From the IMG/VR virus record IMGVR_UViG_3300027798_000198, positions 1 through 25,871 of that record: 25,871 nucleotides of DNA; one strand, given 5' to 3'. Below the pieces are notes generated by a model that saw only the letters and a program-made list of their open reading frames with translations, was not told where the DNA came from and made no database searches. The stretch comes from a virus (Duplodnaviria > Caudoviricetes). The first letter of the stretch is position 1, and every line of letters starts with the position of its first letter. The position numbers were made by a program, and so were the translations under genes. Below, one piece after another: positions 1-8,427 of the stretch.

Positions 1-2
1 GG

Positions 3-1085
3 GATAGCAATTTTTCAGATAGAGCGCAGAACTGGGCGCAACGCAAAATTGATGCTCTGAATGCAGAAGCAGAATCAAGGAGAGAAATGAAAAAGATTGA
101 ACGCCGCACTTATACAGTAAAAGATGTTCAGGCAAGATCAGCCGAGGATGGCACAATGCGCCTTGCTGGTTACGCTGCTGTATTTAATGAATCAAGTGTG
201 CCACTACCATTTAAAGAATCAATTGCGCCAGGAGCATTTCGTAAAACATTAACTGAAACTCCAGATGTGCGTTTACTTATTAACCACGAAGGTTTGCCAC
301 TAGCACGATCAAAGAATGGCACATTGAAATTAAATGAGGATGATCGTGGATTATATTTTGAGGCTGAGTTAGCAGATACAACTGAAGCCCGCGATATTTA
401 CAAACTGGTTGAGCGTGGCGATGTAGATCAAATGAGTTTTGGTTTCAGAGTTATCCGCCAAAAGTGGAGCGATGATCGTAGTCGTAGAGTTCTAACTGAG
501 GTTTCATTAGCCGATGGCGATGTATCAGTAGTAACTTATCCAGCCTATCCAACTACAACTGTTGAGGCTAGAGAAAAAATTGCTAAAGCACTTGAGGCAG
601 CAAAATCAGGGCGAGATGTTAGCCCAGAGGATATGGCAGTTCTGCAAAGTGTATTTTCAGATTTAGATGAAGGCCACGAATATATTATGAGAGCCTTTGA
701 AGTTATGTCTAGTTTCATTGGAGCAGATACTTCTAGTTACCACGATGAGGATGATGAGGATATGCGGGCCACTGATGTAGTCGGCGATTTTGTCGAATGG
801 GATTCAAGTGGTGGAACTGCAAGAGGCAGAATTGTTCGAGTGTTGCAAGAAGGTGTATTAAATATACCTGATTCAACCTTTAGCATTACTGCTGAGGAGA
901 ATGATCCAGCAGTTTTGATTAGACTTTACAGAGAATTACGCGATGGTTATGTTGCAACTGAAACTTTAGTTGGGCATAAGAGAAGTGAGTTAAGAAGTAT
1001 TGCACCTCTTAAAGAACCATCAGATGAGGCAAGCCGTAAGATTTCATTGCGCCTAGCCCAAGCAATAATCAATAATACAAAATAA
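3..1085 (+). CDS. HK97-family prohead protease, multidomain; frame open to the window edge (5'-truncated), possible internal start at 87
   Basis: Motifs LAGYAAVFN, LLINHEG (His), QMSFGF (Ser), DVSVVTYPAY. No stop between 3 and ATG 87 (DSNFSDRAQNWAQRKIDAL...). AAGGAG precedes ATG 87. C-terminal acidic linker plus VGDFVEWDSSGGTARGRI small beta domain. Lies upstream of the capsid gene. Confidence 0.9.
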   Translation, partial: DSNFSDRAQNWAQRKIDALNAEAESRREMKKIERRTYTVKDVQARSAEDGTMRLAGYAAVFNESSVPLPFKESIAPGAFRKTLTETPDVRLLINHEGLPLARSKNGTLKLNEDDRGLYFEAELADTTEARDIYKLVERGDVDQMSFGFRVIRQKWSDDRSRRVLTEVSLADGDVSVVTYPAYPTTTVEAREKIAKALEAAKSGRDVSPEDMAVLQSVFSDLDEGHEYIMRAFEVMSSFIGADTSSYHDEDDEDMRATDVVGDFVEWDSSGGTARGRIVRVLQEGVLNIPDSTFSITAEENDPAVLIRLYRELRDGYVATETLVGHKRSELRSIAPLKEPSDEASRKISLRLAQAIINNTK

Positions 1086-1088
1086 ATT

Positions 1089-1167
1089 TCTGTTGTAAAA
1101 ATACAGCAGATGAAGTCGGAGCGAACTGCGCACCCTTTAGCGCCGCGCAAGGTATCGCCACCACCTC
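1089..1167 (+). promoter_or_regulatory. Structured leader upstream of the major capsid gene
   Basis: Hairpin TCTGTTGTA-AAAA-TACAGCAGA (1089-1110). Nested stems GCGA 1121-1124/TCGC 1155-1158 and TGCGC 1127-1131/GCGCA 1145-1149. GC-rich island in an AT-rich context. Confidence 0.5.
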
Positions 1168-1196
1168 AAAATTCAACCAACCAAGGAGTTAAATTA

Positions 1197-2537
1197 ATGT
1201 CTTACTTAGACAAAGTAATTGAACGCCGCGATGCAGTGAAGGCAGAGATGGATGCAGTTCTTGAGGCAGTAGCCGCAGAGAATCGCACCGATCTAACTGC
1301 TGATGAAACAACTAAGGTAGATGCTTTAGTTGCAGAATCACGCTCGCTAGATACAAAGATTGAAAACCTAAAGACCCAGGCAGATGCAGATGCAAAGGTT
1401 GCAGAAGTTCGTGCAGCAGTTGCAGATGTAGCAATGCCAAAGTCTGGTGGCGCAAAGGTAACCCGCGAGGAGCGTACCTATACTGCTCAATCAGGAGCAT
1501 CATTTATTAAAGATGCTTTTAATGCACAATTCAAGCAAGATTTCAGTGCTTCAGATCGTCTTGCTCGCCATATGCGCGAGGAAGAAGTTGAGCGTCGTGA
1601 TGGAACAACTGCAAACTTTGAAGGTTTAGTAGTTCCTCAATACTTAACTGATCTTGCTGCACCATTGGCTCGCGCAGGTCGCCCAACAGCAGACTTCGCA
1701 ACCAATAAGATCGCACTACCAGCGGCTGGAATGACTTTAAACATTAGCCGTATGACTACTGGTACATCAACAGCAATTCAACAAACTCAGGCAACTGATG
1801 TTTCTGAAACTGATGCTGATGATACTTTGCTAACTGTAAATGTTCGCACTATCGCTGGACAGCAAGACCTATCACGCCAAGCAATTGAGCGTGGAACAGG
1901 TATTGATTCCTTCGTAGTTGGCGATCTAATTCGTTCATGGCACACAACATTGAACTCACAGATTATCAATGGTGCTGGAACAAACGGAACTATCAAGGGT
2001 ATTCGTGCCTCTGGTGGAAACGCAATCACCTTCACTGCAACAACTCCAACTGTTGCACTTCTATATCCAAAGTTGGCTGATGCGTTGCAGAAAGTTCAAA
2101 GCAATGTATTTACAACTCCAACACATTGGATTATGCACCCACGCCGCCTAGCATTCTTGCTAGCAGGCGTTGATGGTTCAAATCGCCCATTAGTAGTTCC
2201 ATCAGCAAACGGCGTAATGAATGCCGTTGCAACAGGAGCAGGCGTTGCGCAATATGGAAACTCAGGTTATTCACTACTTGGATTACCAATTATTGCAGAT
2301 GCTTCAGTTCAAACTACTTTAAGCACTGATCAAGATGAAATCTATTTGGTTGATTCACGCGAGATGCACCTATTCGAGCAACCAGGATCACCATTCTCAC
2401 TTCGTTTTGAGGCAACAGGCGCAAGTAACCTAACTGTTAAAACAGTTGTTTATGGTTATGCAGCCTTCACCGCAGAACGCTATCCATTAGCCGCATCAAT
2501 CATTAGCGGAACTGGCTTAGCAGCACCATCCTTCTAA
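1197..2537 (+). CDS. Major capsid protein, HK97 fold, with N-terminal coiled-coil delta domain
   Basis: AAGGAG at 1183-1188 favours ATG 1197 over 1110. Helical N-terminus, GLVVPQYL, IINGAGTNG, WIMHPRR, SLLGLPII. Position after the protease. Confidence 0.92.
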   Translation: MSYLDKVIERRDAVKAEMDAVLEAVAAENRTDLTADETTKVDALVAESRSLDTKIENLKTQADADAKVAEVRAAVADVAMPKSGGAKVTREERTYTAQSGASFIKDAFNAQFKQDFSASDRLARHMREEEVERRDGTTANFEGLVVPQYLTDLAAPLARAGRPTADFATNKIALPAAGMTLNISRMTTGTSTAIQQTQATDVSETDADDTLLTVNVRTIAGQQDLSRQAIERGTGIDSFVVGDLIRSWHTTLNSQIINGAGTNGTIKGIRASGGNAITFTATTPTVALLYPKLADALQKVQSNVFTTPTHWIMHPRRLAFLLAGVDGSNRPLVVPSANGVMNAVATGAGVAQYGNSGYSLLGLPIIADASVQTTLSTDQDEIYLVDSREMHLFEQPGSPFSLRFEATGASNLTVKTVVYGYAAFTAERYPLAASIISGTGLAAPSF

Positions 2538-2558
2538 ATTAGAAGGTAATTAAGAACT

Positions 2559-2617
2559 GTTTAGGTGGCTTAACCTCCCCCGATTAAGCCACCTAAACTC
2601 CTAAGTAGTTCGGGGGA
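2559..2617 (+). promoter_or_regulatory. 15-bp hairpin with loop complementary to the downstream RBS (putative pseudoknot attenuator)
   Basis: GTTTAGGTGGCTTAA 2559-2573 pairs perfectly with TTAAGCCACCTAAAC 2584-2598. Loop TCCCCCGA 2576-2583 is the exact reverse complement of TCGGGGGA 2610-2617, just before ATG 2621. Confidence 0.7.
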
Positions 2618-2620
2618 ATT

Positions 2621-3304
2621 ATGAAAAGCGCACATAAAGTAACAATAGGTTCTTGCGATTCAGGCCAAGTAAATGGATCGTTTGCCTACACATTAATTCA
2701 ATTAGCCCAATCAAGATCATCAAGATTAGGGCCATTTGTAAGAGTTAAAGGTTCAGGATTACTTTCTAAGATTCGTAATCAAATAGTTAAACAATTTTTG
2801 GATAGTACAAAATCTGATTGGCTTTTGATGGTGGACAGCGATCAGCAACTAGGTGTTGCAACTTTTGATAAGTTGATTGATACAGCCCACGATTTAGAAC
2901 GGCCAGTTGTAGCAGGATTGGTATTTGCTGCTTTTAATGATGGCAAGAGTGAATATCCAAAACCAGTTCCAGCAATATTCCAAGATGCACCAGAGGGATT
3001 CTTACCTCTCTATAAATATGATGAGAACAAAGTTTTTGAAATAGATGCCGCAGGTACAGGTTGCCTTTTAATTCACCGCAGCGTTCTTGAAAAGATGCGT
3101 GAAACAGCCGATTCTAGTATGGGTAAAAATTGGTGTTGGTTTTGGGATGGCCCAGTAAATGGCGAATGGATAGGCGAGGATTTACTTTTCAGCCGTCGCA
3201 TTCGTTCCCTTGGATTTCCAATATATGTGCATACAGGGGCAATTTTGCCTCATCAAAAATCATACTGGCTAGATGATAGGCACCATAAATTATGGAAAAA
3301 TTAA
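2621..3304 (+). CDS. Glycosyltransferase, GT-A fold (GT2-like)
   Basis: RNQIVKQFL, WLLMVDSD (DxD), AAGTGCLLIHRSV, GEDLLFS, H-x-K near the C-terminus. Confidence 0.85.
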   Translation: MKSAHKVTIGSCDSGQVNGSFAYTLIQLAQSRSSRLGPFVRVKGSGLLSKIRNQIVKQFLDSTKSDWLLMVDSDQQLGVATFDKLIDTAHDLERPVVAGLVFAAFNDGKSEYPKPVPAIFQDAPEGFLPLYKYDENKVFEIDAAGTGCLLIHRSVLEKMRETADSSMGKNWCWFWDGPVNGEWIGEDLLFSRRIRSLGFPIYVHTGAILPHQKSYWLDDRHHKLWKN

Positions 3305-3417
3305 AAAAGATTTTTAATAAAAGAATTAAACCTAAAGAAACGGCTACTGCCCAGCCGCAACTTGAAAGAGCGATTTTACCTAAAGCGGAAAGAAGGATAA
3401 AGCGTGGCAATAACTAA
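3292..3417 (+). CDS. Small hypothetical protein (41 aa, basic)
   Basis: MEKLKKIFNKRIKPKETATAQPQLERAILPKAERRIKRGNN fills the gap, overlapping both neighbours. Not in the ORF track. Confidence 0.55.
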   Translation: MEKLKKIFNKRIKPKETATAQPQLERAILPKAERRIKRGNN

Positions 3418-4012
3418 TGGCTACTGCACATTGGCTGAATTAAAAGCCTCATTAAATATCACTGATTCAGTAGATGATACTGCTTTAGAGGCTGCTATTA
3501 CTTCGGCTAGTAGGATGATTGATGATTATACTGAGCGTTTCTTTTATGTTAATGGAACAACTCAATCAACAGTAACTCGCTATTACACTCCAGTTGATCC
3601 ATATACAGTAAACATCGATGATATAATAACAGTTAGTGAAATTGCTACTGATGATAATTTTGATTTTACCTATGGAACTGTTTGGGCAACTAGCGATTAT
3701 ATGATTGAGCCAATAAATAACCCAATTAAATCTTGGCCTTACAATAGAGTTTTAGCAATTGGCAGTTATATTTTTCCTTATCAATTACCTCAATCACTTA
3801 GAATTAAAGGTGTTTGGGGATTCTCAGCAGTACCACCTGAAGTAAATATGGCTACTCTGATTCAATCATCACGCTTATTTGGTCGCAGGCAATCACCATT
3901 TGGAATTGCTGGTAGCCCTGAAATGGGAACTGTTAGATTGTATTCTCGCCTTGATGCTGATGTTGAAGTTCTACTTCGCCCATTCCGCAAGAATGGCGGC
4001 TTGGCTAAGTGA
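3404..4012 (+). CDS. Head-tail connector/adaptor protein (gp6/gp15-like)
   Basis: YCTLAELKASL...LEAAITSASRMIDDYT, WGFSAVPPEV, DVEVLLRPFR. GTG start. Position after the head genes. Confidence 0.8.
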   Translation: MAITNGYCTLAELKASLNITDSVDDTALEAAITSASRMIDDYTERFFYVNGTTQSTVTRYYTPVDPYTVNIDDIITVSEIATDDNFDFTYGTVWATSDYMIEPINNPIKSWPYNRVLAIGSYIFPYQLPQSLRIKGVWGFSAVPPEVNMATLIQSSRLFGRRQSPFGIAGSPEMGTVRLYSRLDADVEVLLRPFRKNGGLAK

Positions 4013-4407
4013 TCCCAAGCAATGTTAGAGATGGTTTAAAAACTCGCCTTCAAACAATTACTGGGCTTAGAGTGTATGATTTAATTCCAGATACTGTTAG
4101 CCCGCCAGCAGCGATTGTTGGCCAATTAGATTTCACCTTCGATATAAACAATGCGCGAGGTTTAGACCAAGCCAATTGTGATGTCTTGGTGATTGTTCAA
4201 CGCCTATCAGAAAGAGTTGCCCAAGATAAGTTAGATGCTTTTCTAGCAGGATCAGGGGCTGGCTCAATTAAGGCTGCTATTGAAGGCGATAGAACTTTAG
4301 GTGGTGCAGTAAACACACTTAGAGTTATTAGCGCTGAAGGTGGCACTTATGATTCTGCTGGCAGTTTATTCCTATCTTATAGATACCGCCTCACACTTTG
4401 GGGTTAA
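4009..4407 (+). CDS. Tail terminator/neck protein
   Basis: 132 aa, RLQTITGLRVYD, AAIEGDRTLGG. Position before the tail tube genes. GTGA overlap. Confidence 0.65.
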   Translation: MIPSNVRDGLKTRLQTITGLRVYDLIPDTVSPPAAIVGQLDFTFDINNARGLDQANCDVLVIVQRLSERVAQDKLDAFLAGSGAGSIKAAIEGDRTLGGAVNTLRVISAEGGTYDSAGSLFLSYRYRLTLWG

Positions 4408-4416
4408 GGAGAAAAA

Positions 4417-4593
4417 ATGTCTTATGTAATTACCTCAGAAGTAGAGGTTTGTAATAAAAAGAAAGGTGAATCAATCACCGAAAAAGAATTGCTTAATGCA
4501 GGAGCCAACATCGAAGCATTGATTACTGGCAATCACATTAAGGCAACTGGGGGAACAACCAAACCAGCAATCCAAGAAGGAGCCGATAAATAA
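4417..4593 (+). CDS. Small hypothetical virion-region protein (58 aa)
   Basis: AAGGAG RBS. MSYVITSEVEVCNKKKGESITEKELLNAGANIEALITGNHIK...; TAATG overlap with the next gene. Not in the ORF track. Confidence 0.7.
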   Translation: MSYVITSEVEVCNKKKGESITEKELLNAGANIEALITGNHIKATGGTTKPAIQEGADK

Positions 4594-5003
4594 TGCCAAG
4601 ATTAGTATTAACAAATGCGAAGGTTACGATAAATTCAGTTAATTTATCTGATCACATCGCAAGCGTTACTTTAAGTACCAGTGCTGATGTAGTGGACACA
4701 ACAGGGTTCTCATCAACAGCAGCAAGAAGCCGTGTTGCTGGTTTGTTAGATAATTCTGTAACTCTTGAATTTCATCAGGACTTTGCAACATCAAATGTTG
4801 AACAAACAATTTATCCGCTGATTGGAACTACAACTACTGTTGTTGTTACTCCAGTTGATACAACAGTAGGTGCAACTAACCCTTCCTATACATTTTCTGC
4901 ATTAGTTGCAGAATGGCAACCATTATCAGGCGCAGTTGGCGAATTAGCCACTGCATCTGTTACTTGGCCAATTTCAGGATCAATCACTAAGGCGGTCGCA
5001 TAA
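4593..5003 (+). CDS. Tail tube (major tail) protein, copy 1
   Basis: S/T/V-rich beta protein, DVVDTTGF, ARSRVAGL, NPSYTF, GAVGELATASVTWP. Precedes chaperone and tape measure genes. Confidence 0.8.
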   Translation: MPRLVLTNAKVTINSVNLSDHIASVTLSTSADVVDTTGFSSTAARSRVAGLLDNSVTLEFHQDFATSNVEQTIYPLIGTTTTVVVTPVDTTVGATNPSYTFSALVAEWQPLSGAVGELATASVTWPISGSITKAVA

Positions 5004-5410
5004 TGGCAAGAATCGTATTAACTAACGCTTCAGTTACTTTCGCAAGCACTGATGTTTCAAGTTATGTAAGTTCAATAACTTTAAGCACCTCACTAGATGT
5101 AGTAGATACAACATCTTTCGGAAACACCGCACGCACTAGAGTTGCGGGATTAGCAGATAATCAGGTAACAGTTGAATTTTTCCAGGATTTCGGTTCTGGA
5201 CTTCTTGAATCAATTATTTACCCTACAATTGGAACTTCTGCTGCAATGGTAATTAAGCCAGTAGCAGGAAGTACAACTGCAACAAATCCATCATATTCAT
5301 TCAATGCTTTAGTTTCAGAATGGCAGCCACTATCTGGTGCCGTTGGAGAACTAGCAACAGCAAGTGTTACCTGGCCAATATCAGGTGCAATAACAAAAGC
5401 AACATCATAA
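5003..5410 (+). CDS. Tail tube (major tail) protein, copy 2
   Basis: About 65% identical to copy 1 by manual alignment (88 of 136). TAATG coupling. Confidence 0.8.
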   Translation: MARIVLTNASVTFASTDVSSYVSSITLSTSLDVVDTTSFGNTARTRVAGLADNQVTVEFFQDFGSGLLESIIYPTIGTSAAMVIKPVAGSTTATNPSYSFNALVSEWQPLSGAVGELATASVTWPISGAITKATS

Positions 5411-5429
5411 CTAACTAGGGGGAAATAAA

Positions 5430-5708
5430 ATGGATGGATTATCACTAAAGATCAAAACTAACGATGGTGTAGATAGCGTTTTTTCACTACGCCCTCGCAC
5501 CATCGTTGCTTTTGAACAAAAGTTTGGTAAAGGATTGGCAAAATTGTTTGCAGAGGATCAAAAGATGGAACACATCTACTACCTCGCTTGGCAATCTTTG
5601 AAAGATAATGGCCGAGTTGTAAAACCTTTTGGCCCAGAATTTTTAGATACGCTGGAATCTGTTGAAATGATTTCAGACCCAAATTCAGAATCCACCGAGA
5701 TAGCCTAA
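5430..5708 (+). CDS. Tail assembly chaperone (gpG-like)
   Basis: GGGGGA RBS, IVAFEQKFGKG, between tail tube and tape measure genes. Slippery heptamer near the 3' end. Confidence 0.75.
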   Translation: MDGLSLKIKTNDGVDSVFSLRPRTIVAFEQKFGKGLAKLFAEDQKMEHIYYLAWQSLKDNGRVVKPFGPEFLDTLESVEMISDPNSESTEIA

Positions 5709-5839
5709 CCTTTGCAATTGCAACGGCCTCGGTGGAGTTGGGCATCTCTCCTATTGATTTGATAGATGCCCCTGATGGTGTCTTAGAAGCAATGTTCGCC
5801 TATCTAAAGGAAAGAGCAAAGGCAAATAAATATGGCTGA
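5678..5839 (+). CDS. -1 frameshift extension of the tail assembly chaperone (gpGT-like)
   Basis: C-CCA-AAT at 5678-5684 fits X-XXY-YYZ in the correct phase. The -1 frame is open: FRIHRDSLTFAIATASVELGISPIDLIDAPDGVLEAMFAYLKERAKANKYG, stop 5837-5839. Confidence 0.75.
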   Translation, partial: PKFRIHRDSLTFAIATASVELGISPIDLIDAPDGVLEAMFAYLKERAKANKYG

Positions 5840-6386
5840 TGAGGTTATCGTTTTAACAGGTATCAAAGAAACGCAAGATGCCTTAAAACAATTTGATAAA
5901 GCAGCGGCTAGAAAATTTAACAAAGTAATTAATGACGCATTAACTAGCGCTGAAAGATCAGCAGATAACTTAGTAGTTCAATTTACTAATCCTGTTTATG
6001 GAACTCCGATGCGCGGCTGGCGTAAAACTTCAGCCGCTAATCCAAGAACTCGCGGTGGCGCAGGCTGGCCAGCGTGGGATGTTAGTGAAATTCAAACAGG
6101 CATTGTAAAAAGCAGAGCGCAAGGTAAAGTTCGTGGTGATTACACCACTAGCGCTGGTGCGTTAATTAATAAGAGTGCTGCTGGTGCAATATTTGAAGTT
6201 GCAGGCAGGCGTGGCAACGCATCAAGAAATCAATTTATTAGATATTTAAGCAATTCATTTGGCAAAGCCTCCCGCCTTATTTGGGCAGTTGTTGATAAAG
6301 ACAAAGATGAAATTCAAAGGCGAGTTGCAGCAGCCTTAGAGGATGCTAAAAAAACATTACAAACTAATTTGAATGGTAGGAGTTGA
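5832..6386 (+). CDS. Putative tail completion/neck protein (HK97 gp10-like)
   Basis: N-terminal LTGIKETQDALKQFD, basic, AGAIFEVAGR, RLIWAVVD. Located in the tail module. Confidence 0.55.
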   Translation: MADEVIVLTGIKETQDALKQFDKAAARKFNKVINDALTSAERSADNLVVQFTNPVYGTPMRGWRKTSAANPRTRGGAGWPAWDVSEIQTGIVKSRAQGKVRGDYTTSAGALINKSAAGAIFEVAGRRGNASRNQFIRYLSNSFGKASRLIWAVVDKDKDEIQRRVAAALEDAKKTLQTNLNGRS

Positions 6387-6387
6387 G

Positions 6388-8427
6388 ATGGCCGTTGGCG
6401 CAGTAATTGCAAGGATCATTACTCAATACTCTGCTAAAGGTTCAAAGGCTGCTCAAAAAGATATAGCCAAACTTGGTAAAGATTTTGATAAATTTGCTAA
6501 AAGATCAGCATTAGCATTTGCCGCAGCAGGCGCTGCCGTTGGTGCGTTCACTGTTAAAGTAGGAACTGATGCAGTTCGTGCTGCTATGGAGGATCAAAAG
6601 AGCCAGGCATTGCTTGCCTCTACTTTAAGAAATACTGTTGGTGCAACAGATGCAGTTATTGCAAGCACTGAGGAATACATAACTTTATTACAAAAAGAAG
6701 TTTCTGTTGCCGATGATGAATTAAGGCCAGCGCTGGCTACCCTAGCCAGGGCAACTGGTGATGTTGCCTCTGCTCAATCTTTATTAGGCACTGCTTTAAA
6801 TATTTCTGCTGGAACAGGAAAAGATTTAGCCTCTGTTTCTTTAGCATTAAGTAAAGCGGTAAATGGCAACCTTGGCGCTCTTACTCGGCTTGGTGTTCCA
6901 CTTGATGCCAATACAATTAAATCAAAAAACTTTAATAAAGCACTTGATGTTTTAAATGATACTTTTAAAAATCAGGCTGATATTCGTGCCAAAACTTTAG
7001 AGTTTAGATTAAAAGGTTTAAATATTGCCTATGGTGAAGTTCTTGAAACCCTTGGTTATGCCCTTTTACCAGTTATTGAAAAATTTGCTGATGTAATTAC
7101 TACAAAAGTTTTACCTAAATTAGAGGAATGGATTGCCGCTAATAAAGATAAATTAGCATCAAGTTTAGATACAATCCTAACAAAACTGCCTGCACTACTA
7201 ACTCAAGTTTTTAATTTATTTGATTATATTCAGCGCAACTTAGGAACTATCAAGGCTCTAAGCGGTTTATTAATTGCTACCTTTGCATCGGCAAAAGTTT
7301 ATGCTGGAATTGTTGCTATAACTGGTGCTATCAATATTCTAACTACCGCCTTCGGGCGCCAGGCAGCGGCAGCCACCGCAGCAGGAGTTGGTACCGCTTT
7401 TGCAACAGGTGGAGCCTCAGCCTTAGCCGCAGCAGGAGCAATTGCTACATTTACAACAGCGGGCTTAATTGCCTATAAGCAATTAACTAAAAACAATGAT
7501 GCAATTGATGCTCAGAATGTAAAGATCAGGGCATTAACTCCTGGCTGGGGAAATGTTTATGGCGCACCTGGAGCAAAGACCGCTGAAAAAGTTGCTAATG
7601 CTACTGGTAAAGTTTTAAGTAATACTACCAAACTAACTGCTGAGCAAAAAAAGCAAGCGGCAACTCAAGAAGCCTTAAATAAATTAAAGGCAATGGGTGT
7701 TACACCTACATCTGAAACTGACCCAATTCAACTTGAGGCAGTTAGATTAAACCTTCTTAAAGAACAAAACCTTGCTCAAAAAGCAATGTACAATCAATTA
7801 CTTGCTAATTATGAGGCAACTAATCGTATGAATATTGCAGCGCAAAGATACGCCGATATTTTGATGGTTATTGCTGATGAGAAAATTTCAACTGAGGAAG
7901 TAAACCTTCTCGCTAGTAAATGGAATTTAACCAACATTGAAGTTCTTAAATACATCGCCTCAGTTACTGGCAATGTTGAACTTGGCAAGGGTTGGGATGC
8001 GGCAGGTTATGCAGCAGGTGAGAGTTGGAAATTAGCACTTAAAGAATTAAATGCTTATCTTGCAGCCGTTGGCAAAGGTGCCTTTGTTGCTCCTGTAAAT
8101 GTGCCAACCGCTGCCACTGCCGATCCTTTTGCAGCAGATAAGGCTAGATTGGCTGCTTCAAAACAAACCATTGAGGATTTATTAGCAAAGGTGCAAGCAA
8201 CAAAGAAAATCCCTGATACACCTACCGCAAATACATTTGGGCAATCAATGACTACATTACCTGATTATCTAGCCTATCGTGCTGGTGAGCGTGCCTCAGT
8301 AAATGTAACTGTTAATAATGCTGGTAATGCAATCGTGCAGAGTGATTTGCAAGAATCAATCAGGAATGGTTTGTTAGCAGGTCAAACTTCAGGCAGGGCA
8401 ATCAACGCTAGAGTTTTGGATTTGTAA
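6388..8427 (+). CDS. Tape measure protein
   Basis: Longest tail ORF, Ala-rich helical, DDELRPALATLARATGD, ALTRLGV, C-terminal VNVTVN. AGGAG at 6378-6382 favours ATG 6388. Confidence 0.88.
   Translation: MAVGAVIARIITQYSAKGSKAAQKDIAKLGKDFDKFAKRSALAFAAAGAAVGAFTVKVGTDAVRAAMEDQKSQALLASTLRNTVGATDAVIASTEEYITLLQKEVSVADDELRPALATLARATGDVASAQSLLGTALNISAGTGKDLASVSLALSKAVNGNLGALTRLGVPLDANTIKSKNFNKALDVLNDTFKNQADIRAKTLEFRLKGLNIAYGEVLETLGYALLPVIEKFADVITTKVLPKLEEWIAANKDKLASSLDTILTKLPALLTQVFNLFDYIQRNLGTIKALSGLLIATFASAKVYAGIVAITGAINILTTAFGRQAAAATAAGVGTAFATGGASALAAAGAIATFTTAGLIAYKQLTKNNDAIDAQNVKIRALTPGWGNVYGAPGAKTAEKVANATGKVLSNTTKLTAEQKKQAATQEALNKLKAMGVTPTSETDPIQLEAVRLNLLKEQNLAQKAMYNQLLANYEATNRMNIAAQRYADILMVIADEKISTEEVNLLASKWNLTNIEVLKYIASVTGNVELGKGWDAAGYAAGESWKLALKELNAYLAAVGKGAFVAPVNVPTAATADPFAADKARLAASKQTIEDLLAKVQATKKIPDTPTANTFGQSMTTLPDYLAYRAGERASVNVTVNNAGNAIVQSDLQESIRNGLLAGQTSGRAINARVLDL

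Noticed and set aside
1110-1196. N-terminal extension of the capsid ORF in the track
   Set aside because: The strong RBS sits before ATG 1197 and the upstream segment looks like structured leader.
4593-5410. Diversity-generating retroelement template/variable repeat pair, or assembly duplication
   Set aside because: No reverse transcriptase, and differences are mostly synonymous or conservative rather than adenine-specific.
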